Of a stretch of 64,000 nucleotides of DNA, positions 1 through 7,946 are shown one piece after another (the first letter of the stretch is position 1; each line of letters opens with the position of its first letter). The stretch is taken from NCBI GenBank assembly GCA_021323375.2, contig JAJPCT020000023.1, forward strand, positions 35,803 to 99,802. Reading direction: 5' to 3'. Made by a program: the position numbers and the translations under genes. The notes under the pieces were generated by a model. It was not told where the DNA came from. It saw nothing but the letters and a program-made list of their open reading frames with translations, and ran no database searches. The DNA comes from Candidatus Wolframiiraptor gerlachensis. GTDB taxonomy: Archaea > Thermoproteota > Nitrososphaeria_A > Caldarchaeales > Wolframiiraptoraceae.

Positions 1-66
1 TCTGTTAAATCCTTTTTCAAGAATTGTAAAAAGCAAGTTAAGATGGATAAAATATTTGATTGAATT

Positions 67-843
67 TCAGAATCTCTCGACAGCTGTTATCGTCATTCCT
101 CCATCAACGATTATTGCTTGTCCAGTAACGTAACTTGCCTCATCACTTGCTAGGTAGATTGCTGCGCCAGCTATGTCCTCTGGCTTCGCGAGCCTTCCGA
201 GAATACATCTTGACGCCATTCGTTTCCGCTCATTTTCATCCGTCACCGCGTAAAGGAGGGGTGTCTCAGTTGGCCCTGGACATATAGCATTCACCCTAAT
301 ATTATATGGTGCTAGCTCAACAGCCATCGCCCTAGTAAGCGCTAAGACGGCGCCCTTTGACGCGGAATATGCTGCGTGCCCAGGCTCCCCTACTATAGCA
401 GCCTTTGATGATATGTTGATTATGACTCCACTTCTTCTCTCGACCATATGAGGCACGACTACTTGGGATGGGATTACCACTCCTAGAACATTAACCTTAA
501 AGAGTATTTCCCAGAACTCTAATGGCTCTTCCCAAAATGGTTTCCCTCGGTAAATACCAACATTATTCACCAAGATGTCTATTTTCCCATACCTCTTGAG
601 CAGTTCGGAGACTATTTCCTGGATCCTATCACGTGATGTTACATCACCTTGAAAACCTATAGCTTCTCCACCACTTTCCCGTATCCTTTTAGCAGCCTCT
701 TCCACTCTATCGCCAGCAATATCGATTATTACAACTTTGGCTCCCTCACTCGCGAACTTTGAGGATATCGCAAACCCTATCCCACTTGCTCCGCCAGTCA
801 CTATAGCGACCCTATCCTTCAGTCTCATATGTCTTATAATCAA
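67..843 (-). CDS. Short-chain dehydrogenase/reductase (SDR, FabG-like)
   Basis: TGGASGIG Rossmann motif, NNVG, catalytic YSASK, C-terminal VDGG; the real start may be the ATG at 828. Confidence 0.92.
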   Translation of the reverse strand: MIIRHMRLKDRVAIVTGGASGIGFAISSKFASEGAKVVIIDIAGDRVEEAAKRIRESGGEAIGFQGDVTSRDRIQEIVSELLKRYGKIDILVNNVGIYRGKPFWEEPLEFWEILFKVNVLGVVIPSQVVVPHMVERRSGVIINISSKAAIVGEPGHAAYSASKGAVLALTRAMAVELAPYNIRVNAICPGPTETPLLYAVTDENERKRMASRCILGRLAKPEDIAGAAIYLASDEASYVTGQAIIVDGGMTITAVERF

Positions 844-952
844 ATCAGAGTAACTTAAATCTTTGCTCTATGACGTTTTCAAGTCCTAGAAACCAAAGAG
901 GATATGACTTAATTGGGGAAAATGGAATTATTGTAAAACAGTGAGTGCTGGG

Positions 953-1981
953 TCACTCTATTGGTAACTCTACTGGCTTATGTTCTTTTATCGACTTTAT
1001 GGCGGCTAGCGTTGCCTCTAAAGCTTTTTTACCATCTTCACCTGTCACTTCAGGTTCTCGATCCTCAATTATCGACTTTATGAAGCTCTCGGCTTCAGCT
1101 ATGTAAGCTTCTCTGAATCTATCTCTCCAGCTGTGGAATGGCTCTGTCGTTATTTTTTGATCCTTGTGGCAGACTAATAGGCTTGTCCCTTGAACCTCGC
1201 CTATCGTTATTAAACCTTCTGTCCCAAGTACTTCGACTCTAGCATCATATGCATAGTTGACTGGGCAGCCGCCGTCAATTATTCCAAATCCGCCCTTTTG
1301 GAATCTAGCTATAACAGCAACGATGTCGTGAAATCCGGGGAATTCTTCAGCTACATCCGGCCTTAGCAACGCCGCCGCGTCAGCGTAAATAGTTTTGAAT
1401 TCATCGTTCATAAACCATCTAAGCGTGTCGAAATCGTGGCTATTGACCTCTGCGACCATGCCTAAGCCCATCTTCGGATCTAAGGCCCATCTTGGAGGGA
1501 GCCCAGGGCCCCTCCCAATGGACTTCACTAAAACCGGCTTCCCTATTACTCCTTCATCAATTAATGATTTGGCCCTTCTGAATTCTGGGTCAAATCTACG
1601 CATGAAGCCTATCTGAAGCTTTACATTATTCCTCTTAGTGACCGAGATCATCTCATCTGCTTCTTTTAACGTCAGAGCCATGGGTTTCTCACAGAAAACA
1701 TGTTTCCCTGCCTCAGCCGCCTCGACTGTCAAAGAATGGTGCATAAATGTTGGAGTGGTTATAAAGACCGCATCAAAATCCTCCTTTCTTATAGCATCCG
1801 TAAGAGTTTCATAATAATTTATACCGCCGAGAAGGCTTGCTAAGTTCTTCGCGGCCTCCAAGTTCGTGTCAACGACTGCTACAACCTCTGCCATGGAGAT
1901 TCTAAAGGCTAAGTTTGTCCCATGAACTTGTCCTGTTCTACCAGCTCCAATAATACAGACTTTAACTTTCCTCGTTTCTAT
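953..1981 (-). CDS. Gfo/Idh/MocA family oxidoreductase (myo-inositol 2-dehydrogenase-like)
   Basis: HVFCEKPMA, GFMRRFD and HDFD motifs. The frame continues upstream of the ORF-track ATG (1894) through KVKVCIIGAGRTG, the Rossmann motif, so the start is probably near 1981 (non-canonical codon). Confidence 0.85.
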   Translation of the reverse strand: METRKVKVCIIGAGRTGQVHGTNLAFRISMAEVVAVVDTNLEAAKNLASLLGGINYYETLTDAIRKEDFDAVFITTPTFMHHSLTVEAAEAGKHVFCEKPMALTLKEADEMISVTKRNNVKLQIGFMRRFDPEFRRAKSLIDEGVIGKPVLVKSIGRGPGLPPRWALDPKMGLGMVAEVNSHDFDTLRWFMNDEFKTIYADAAALLRPDVAEEFPGFHDIVAVIARFQKGGFGIIDGGCPVNYAYDARVEVLGTEGLITIGEVQGTSLLVCHKDQKITTEPFHSWRDRFREAYIAEAESFIKSIIEDREPEVTGEDGKKALEATLAAIKSIKEHKPVELPIE

Positions 1982-2117
1982 ATCACCCCGGCATTATGTT
2001 TAGGCACATGCTTAAAAATATTATTTATGCAGAGAGCTTTACAAATGCTGCTTGCTCATTTGAGCCCCTGCTACTTCCGGAAAACTTTATGATCTAATTT
2101 AGCTAATTTAGCCAAGT

Positions 2118-2723
2118 ATGCATGCTGAATTGTCTAGAGAAGGTCTTCTCGAGAAATTAAGAAAGAAGGTCGAGAATTGTAGGAAGTGTGATTTGTGGAG
2201 GACTAGGAATAGGCCTGTTTTCGGTGAGGGACCTGTTGATGCGGGGATAATAATTGTTGGCTTAGGGCCTGGGAGGCAGGAGGATCTTCAGGGAAGGCCT
2301 TTTGTCGGTGCCGCTGGCAGGTTTCTGGATCAGCTTCTGGCTGAGGCTGGCTTGAGCAGGAGCGGTATCTATATCACGAATATTATCAAGTGTTTTCTGC
2401 CCGAGAATAGGGCGACTGAGGATCAGATCAAGTCCTGCACCCCGTACCTCGATCAGCAGATCGAGGTTATTCAGCCGAGGCTGATAATAGCCTTGGGGAA
2501 TGTTGCGGCGTGTTATCTGCTTGAGAAGTTTGGCTTGAGATGCGAGCCCATGGAGAGGGTTCATGGGAGGGTTTATGAGGTTTCAAGCCTGACTTTGAGC
2601 CTCCGCATAGTCCCCATGTATCATCCGGCCTCAGCTCTTAGAAATCCCGAGCTTCGAGGCAGGCTTATCGAGGATTGGAGGGAGCTTGGTAGGATTATCA
2701 GGGATCTCGGGCTGGCGGGTTAA
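2118..2723 (+). CDS. udg: Family 4 uracil-DNA glycosylase
   Basis: CxxC Fe-S ligands, GxGPG..EDLQGRPFVG, YITNIIKC, MYHPAS. Confidence 0.93.
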   Translation: MHAELSREGLLEKLRKKVENCRKCDLWRTRNRPVFGEGPVDAGIIIVGLGPGRQEDLQGRPFVGAAGRFLDQLLAEAGLSRSGIYITNIIKCFLPENRATEDQIKSCTPYLDQQIEVIQPRLIIALGNVAACYLLEKFGLRCEPMERVHGRVYEVSSLTLSLRIVPMYHPASALRNPELRGRLIEDWRELGRIIRDLGLAG

Positions 2724-2753
2724 CCTTAATACCTCGACCAGCATATTTCAATA

Positions 2754-3041
2754 TTGATGAGGGTTAAGGTGAAGTACTTCGCTTCGATGAGGGAGCTTTT
2801 CGGCGTTAGCGAGGAGGAGTATGAGATTGAGGAAGGAGCTAAGCTCGTGGACCTACTGCTCAATCACATTCCAAGGAGGCATGTACATGTGGCCGATATT
2901 TGGAGGAGTAAGGTGGAGGGCTTCATGAAGGGCGAGGAGGCGAGCTACATAGTTATCGTGAATGGTGATAGGGCTGGGCTTGACCAGGAGCTAAAAGATG
3001 GAGACGTGGTCGCGGTTCTCCCGCCGGTCGGCGGGGGCTGA
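2754..3041 (+). CDS. moaD: MoaD/ThiS/SAMP ubiquitin-like sulfur carrier
   Basis: VKVKYFA N-terminus, VNG, C-terminal LPPVGGG di-glycine; convergent with moaE. Confidence 0.88.
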   Translation: MMRVKVKYFASMRELFGVSEEEYEIEEGAKLVDLLLNHIPRRHVHVADIWRSKVEGFMKGEEASYIVIVNGDRAGLDQELKDGDVVAVLPPVGGG

Positions 3042-3044
3042 GAA

Positions 3045-3482
3045 CTACCCCCCGGAAACCCAGTACTCCCCCTCATCAGTTATCTCCTTCTTCCATATTG
3101 CCGCCTCTCTCTTCATCCTCTCGACCGCGTCTCTCAGCGTATTGAAAACCTCTTCTCTATGGGCTCCAGCCACCACGATGTAGACTATGTCCTCTCCAAC
3201 TGAGAGTTCTCCTACTATGTGATGTATTCTTACATCCACGATTCCAGGCCTCTCGAGTAGTTCTCGCGCGATGCGTTTTAGGCTCTTCTCGGCCTCCTCA
3301 CGGTATGCCTCGAGGACCAGCTTTCTAACCCTCCCACCTCTCATGCCTCTGCATCTGACAATTCCTATGAAGCATGCGATTGCTCCCGCCTCGCCAAGCT
3401 CCGGGTTCTCTCTAACCCTCCTAAGTATCTCCACGAGGCTTATCTCGCCCTTCTCATGCACGCCGACGCTATAGGCGCCCAT
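3045..3482 (-). CDS. moaE: Molybdopterin synthase catalytic subunit
   Basis: GAIACFIGIVR, HR.E.F, K...IWKKE motifs. Confidence 0.92.
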   Translation of the reverse strand: MGAYSVGVHEKGEISLVEILRRVRENPELGEAGAIACFIGIVRCRGMRGGRVRKLVLEAYREEAEKSLKRIARELLERPGIVDVRIHHIVGELSVGEDIVYIVVAGAHREEVFNTLRDAVERMKREAAIWKKEITDEGEYWVSGG

Positions 3483-3597
3483 AACTCCGTCTCTAATGAT
3501 GTCTTGAGCCTCCTAAGAACCTTCCTTAGGCGCTGGCCTAGGGGCTTAAGTGATTCCTTAAATAATAATTGCGTTTGGGATTATCTCAGGGCTTGGT

Positions 3598-3981
3598 TTG
3601 AGGCGTGGTCGCGGGGGCTTAAGCGAGCTTTTATCGGCACTTATCCTCCTCAGCATCTCCATAGCCGTAGCGTTCATTATGGTGTATTATCTGCCCGTCG
3701 TATCGCCTCCCAGCGTTAAGCCTTGGCTAAGGCCAACCCTGATAGCCGCGTTCAAGGACTCAGGTAACGTGAAGATCTATCTCTATAACCCACACTCAGA
3801 GAACATAAAGGTCGTTGAGGTGTGGATCGGCGGCACGAGGCTCACGCCAAGCTGCCCTGATAACGAGTGTATAATCGAGCCGAGAACACATGAGATTGCA
3901 ACAATAAGCGTCTTCGGATCGGTGTCTTCCATTCTTCTGAGGTTTGATACTGGCGCTTGGATGGAGGTAAGATTTGGTTGA
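3598..3981 (+). CDS. Archaeal type IV pilin-like protein (class III signal peptide)
   Basis: MRRGRG/GLSELLSALILLSISIAVA: basic residues, G-LS-E cleavage motif, hydrophobic helix; lies upstream of the secretion ATPase. Confidence 0.8.
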   Translation: MRRGRGGLSELLSALILLSISIAVAFIMVYYLPVVSPPSVKPWLRPTLIAAFKDSGNVKIYLYNPHSENIKVVEVWIGGTRLTPSCPDNECIIEPRTHEIATISVFGSVSSILLRFDTGAWMEVRFG

Positions 3982-4079
3982 TAGTGGGGAATTTTGAGGG
4001 TATACCTTGCTCACCCCACCCGCCTTACCCAGTTATATCTATCATGTGTTCTATGATATTGTTAGGGGAGGTGTTTTGA

Positions 4080-5417
4080 TTGGCTGAGCTGAGAGGTGAA
4101 AAGGAGGTTTCCAGGGTTTTCGCGGAGTATCACGTTGGTGATGCTGTTGTTAGGCTTAGGCAGCGGGATAACACATTGTTTTATGAGGTTGAGGAGCCTG
4201 CCTTGACGGAGAAGGTTAGGAAGCTCCTGGATCAGGCCATGGATGAGTATGTGAAGAGGGGGATTGAGCCCGAAAAGCTTGCCGAGAAGTATTCAAAGAG
4301 GCTTGGGTCATCCGAGGCCCTCGCATTCAGATATTATCTCTTGAGAGAGCTTAAGGGGTTTTCGAAGCTTCATGTCTTCATGTATGATGATCAGATAGAG
4401 GATTTCACGATAACGATGCCCGGGCCCGTGAGGCTGATCCATAGGCTTGCGCCCCATTATGAGTGGATTGAGAGTAGCGTGGTTATTGAGTCGGATGAGG
4501 AGCTGGATAGGCTAGTCAAGTTGGTGGTCGAGAGGTCTGGTGGGTCGATAACCCCCGCGAACCCTGTTGTCGAGATACTTACGCCGAGTTTTGATAGGGT
4601 TGCGGGTGTCTTGAGGGGCGAGGTCTCATTGCACTCGAGTATAACTGTCAGGAAGTTCCCGAGGCGGCCATATAGCCTTGCGAGGCTGGTGAGGCTTGGG
4701 ACTCTGAACTCGGAGGTTGCAGCAGCCCTCTGGCTCGCGGTCGAGCTCAAGTGCAATATAATCATCGCGGGGCTTACTGGAAGCGGTAAGACGACTCTGC
4801 TAAACTCCCTCTTACTCCAGCTCCCCAGAAACTATAAGATCGTGACTATCGAGGAGCATCCCGAGATAAATCTCAAGGATCATCCGGGCTGGCTCCCCCT
4901 CTATGCCAGGCTTCCAACGAGCCCGGCCGCGAAGCAGACCGCCATACCATTGACGCAGCTGTTGAAGGCCGCGCTTAGGCATAGGCCGACAGTAATCGCT
5001 GTCGGTGAGGCTAGGGCTGAGGAGGTTCAGGACATGATCACGGCGGCGTCCGTGGGGCATGGGACCGCCACAACCCTCCACACAGACAACCTCGACCACA
5101 TGTTGAAGAGGCTCACAAGCCATCCCATGAACCTGAGACCCGATCAGGTGGCCCTGATAGACTACGCCGTCTTCATAGTCAGGATGCCCGACGGCAGGAG
5201 GCGTGTAAAAGAGATCTATGAGAACATATCGGGAAATTGGGAGCTCATCTACGACTATGAGAGCAGGAAGTTCAAGCTTCCGGAGAAGATAGGCCAGAAG
5301 CTCGCCACGACCCATCGGGGCCTCGAGCCTTATGAGCTGGCGGCTCTAGAGATTAGGAGGAGGGCTGAGCAGCTTAGGGCTCAGGCTAGGAGGGAGGAGG
5401 TGGTGACGGCTGTTTGA
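4080..5417 (+). CDS. Type II/IV secretion or pilus assembly ATPase (VirB11/TadA/ArlI family)
   Basis: Walker A GLTGSGKTT, TIEE, ALRHRP..IAVGEAR, GHG..TTLH. Confidence 0.93.
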   Translation: MAELRGEKEVSRVFAEYHVGDAVVRLRQRDNTLFYEVEEPALTEKVRKLLDQAMDEYVKRGIEPEKLAEKYSKRLGSSEALAFRYYLLRELKGFSKLHVFMYDDQIEDFTITMPGPVRLIHRLAPHYEWIESSVVIESDEELDRLVKLVVERSGGSITPANPVVEILTPSFDRVAGVLRGEVSLHSSITVRKFPRRPYSLARLVRLGTLNSEVAAALWLAVELKCNIIIAGLTGSGKTTLLNSLLLQLPRNYKIVTIEEHPEINLKDHPGWLPLYARLPTSPAAKQTAIPLTQLLKAALRHRPTVIAVGEARAEEVQDMITAASVGHGTATTLHTDNLDHMLKRLTSHPMNLRPDQVALIDYAVFIVRMPDGRRRVKEIYENISGNWELIYDYESRKFKLPEKIGQKLATTHRGLEPYELAALEIRRRAEQLRAQARREEVVTAV

Positions 5418-5454
5418 TCAGCTCCTAGGATACCTGCTCAACATAAACACCTTA

Positions 5455-6822
5455 ATGATTATCGCGTTGGTAGTTCTTCTAGCCCTGCTCCCGATAGCGT
5501 TAAAGAAGGAGAGGGCTGCAAGGCTCGAGGAGGAGCTCCCAATATTCCTGAGCTATCTCTATGCGAGGCTTGAGGCTGGATGGAGCTTAAGGAGGGCTCT
5601 GGAGGCTGCGGCGGCTGAGAAGACGCTCATGCCGACATTCCATGAGGAGGCCGCGAGGATAATCAGGCTGGCTGAAAGGAAGGGTGATTTGCCGGGAGCT
5701 CTACTCGATTACAAGACGCCGAGCCCGAGGGTCACGAATATTCTCAGGTCGATTGGTGAGGAGGCTTTTACAGGCTTCGACCCGGCTACGAGGGTTCAGG
5801 TCCTGCTCTGGGATGAGGAGGAGTATGCCGCCGAGCGGGCTAGGAAGAAGGCTGAGAGCGCGGAGAACTTGGCCGAGGCGAGCCTAACCGTTATGATCCT
5901 CATTCCATTATTCATATCATTCACGGCGTTCTTCGGCGGGAGCCTCGAGCTAATCTTCCCAATAGTCGTGTTATCCTCGATCGCGACATACATAGCCTCT
6001 GTGGCCCTCCAAGGCGTACCGATAGTAATTCTCTCGTCTAAGGTTAGGAGGATTATACCAGCTCAGCTCGCCTTGATAGCCGCCGCGATCGCCATCTCGA
6101 TCCCAGTGAGGGGGTTCTCGCTCGCCAATCCGATGATATACCTTGGATTGGGTGCTGGGCTGGTAGTTCTCTCGATACCGGCAAGCCATGAGGTTAGGAA
6201 GGCGATCTCGGAGATGGAGGGTGGGCATCTGCTGGCGCAGGGATTGGCCACGAAGCTCCAGCTCGGCTACCCGGTCGAGAGATCGTTCCAGCTCATCCGA
6301 GATGGGAGGGTTGTGGAGCAGGTTAGGAGGATCTCGCTGGGGATTGAGACCGATCCGAGGAGTAGGCAGCTCCACCTCGTCCTCTCGACGATCAAGGTTG
6401 TGAGGGATAGCGGTGCTGGCGGTAAGGCGCTCGAGATCGTGGCCAGGACTGCTCAGAGGCTCTACCACGCCTACCGGGATCTACGAAGCAGGCTCAGATT
6501 CTATGAGATAATCAGTATGACAGCCGGCCCTATAGTCCTAGTAATGAGCTTCGCGATAACTAGGCCTCTTAAGGAGTTCTCCGCGAGATATGCTGCCACG
6601 GCGGCGGAGGGCGGTATGAGCATCCAGCTAGCCCCCCTCTTCGGCGGAGTCGCCCTCGAGAATATTGGATCTCTCCTGCTTCCAGTAAGCATTCTCCTAG
6701 CCCTAATTCTCGGGCTAGCGGTCTCGAAGCTCTGCGACCACACCGTGGCCAGCACTTGGAGGTCTGGGGTCGGCGTTATTGCCACTACCTTGATATACCT
6801 GGCTTTAGAGCCCTATTGGTGA
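5455..6822 (+). CDS. Type II secretion system F / TadC-like membrane platform protein
   Basis: LEEELPIFLSYLYARLEAGWSLRRAL T2SSF motif, multiple TM helices, follows the ATPase; the start may be an in-frame CTG at 5410. Confidence 0.85.
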   Translation: MIIALVVLLALLPIALKKERAARLEEELPIFLSYLYARLEAGWSLRRALEAAAAEKTLMPTFHEEAARIIRLAERKGDLPGALLDYKTPSPRVTNILRSIGEEAFTGFDPATRVQVLLWDEEEYAAERARKKAESAENLAEASLTVMILIPLFISFTAFFGGSLELIFPIVVLSSIATYIASVALQGVPIVILSSKVRRIIPAQLALIAAAIAISIPVRGFSLANPMIYLGLGAGLVVLSIPASHEVRKAISEMEGGHLLAQGLATKLQLGYPVERSFQLIRDGRVVEQVRRISLGIETDPRSRQLHLVLSTIKVVRDSGAGGKALEIVARTAQRLYHAYRDLRSRLRFYEIISMTAGPIVLVMSFAITRPLKEFSARYAATAAEGGMSIQLAPLFGGVALENIGSLLLPVSILLALILGLAVSKLCDHTVASTWRSGVGVIATTLIYLALEPYW

Positions 6823-6844
6823 GATGCGTTAAGGGTAGAGGGAA

Positions 6845-7945
6845 ATGAGTCCAACTAATATCCTCCAACTCCTGCAAAGGCTCGAGGTCCTGATAATCAT
6901 AGCGGCATCCATAGCGGTGATCTTAACCGTGATTATAATGTTGAGGAAGGGGAGGGGTGAAAAGAGGTCGAGCGCCTTTGAGGAGGAGCTGGATTCCATT
7001 AAGGTGACCTCGGGACTCGAGGAGGCTGTGGGGGAAGAGAAGCCGGCGCCCGTGGAGAAGGGTGCGGGGGAGCTCTCCGAGGAGGAGCTTTCCAAGCTCG
7101 AGGCAAGAGTCATAGAATCTCTGATGATTAGGGGTGCTCTTAGGCCCCTCCCGATCCCTGGCAGCAAGGAGGGTGGCCATTACCCGGAGCTCGCGGGAGT
7201 CTCGGAGAAGGATGCACAGCGCGTGATCAGGGGGCTTCTCGAGAAGGGCCTCGTAATCGAGGCTGAGAGAGAATTCTCGGCAGTCGCCTGCCCAATATGC
7301 GGCTCATGCATGCAAGTAGCATTCATCTCATGTAGGAACTGCGGCTCATTCAAGGTTGAAGAGACGAGATACTATAGGCATACATGCGGCTACATTGGGC
7401 CCGAGTCAAGCTTCAAGACAAAGCTTGGGTTCATCTGCCCATACTGCAGGGGGACAGAGAACATAGAGGCTTATTATAGGAGGTATCGGTGCCCTGATTG
7501 TGGGGCCGAGTTCGAGGAGCCTAATATCGCGTTCAGGTGCGGGTCATGCGGCTCACTCTATGATGAGCAAACTATGGAGATCAAGCCCTTCAGGAGGATA
7601 GAGTCATCGAGGGAGATGCTGGCCGAGTATGAGAAGGTGAGCAATGCTGTCAATAAACAGATCGAGCTCCTGAAGCAGCGGGGATATGAGGTTGAGAGGC
7701 CTGTAAGCCTAGTGGGGGAGTCCGGCGTCATCCACAAGTTCGATGCGGTTGCCAAGAGGGATGATGAGACCATAGCAGTTGTATCATCCCTCGGCGAACC
7801 CCTGACACAGGTCTTGATAAGGCTTGGCGTGGCTAGAAGCGACCTAAAGCTAAGCAAGATAATTCTCGTGACAAACAATAAGCCAACCGCAACGGAGAGG
7901 GAGTTCGCAAGGAGCCTCGGAATAGAGATCGTGGAGGCGGCTTAG
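6845..7945 (+). CDS. Membrane-anchored TackOD1-like multi-zinc-ribbon protein with C-terminal restriction-endonuclease-like domain
   Basis: N-terminal TM helix; CPICG/CRNC/HTCGYIG/CPYC/CPDC/CGSC; C-terminal GESGVIHKFD motif. Confidence 0.7.
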   Translation: MSPTNILQLLQRLEVLIIIAASIAVILTVIIMLRKGRGEKRSSAFEEELDSIKVTSGLEEAVGEEKPAPVEKGAGELSEEELSKLEARVIESLMIRGALRPLPIPGSKEGGHYPELAGVSEKDAQRVIRGLLEKGLVIEAEREFSAVACPICGSCMQVAFISCRNCGSFKVEETRYYRHTCGYIGPESSFKTKLGFICPYCRGTENIEAYYRRYRCPDCGAEFEEPNIAFRCGSCGSLYDEQTMEIKPFRRIESSREMLAEYEKVSNAVNKQIELLKQRGYEVERPVSLVGESGVIHKFDAVAKRDDETIAVVSSLGEPLTQVLIRLGVARSDLKLSKIILVTNNKPTATEREFARSLGIEIVEAA

Positions 7946-7946
7946 G

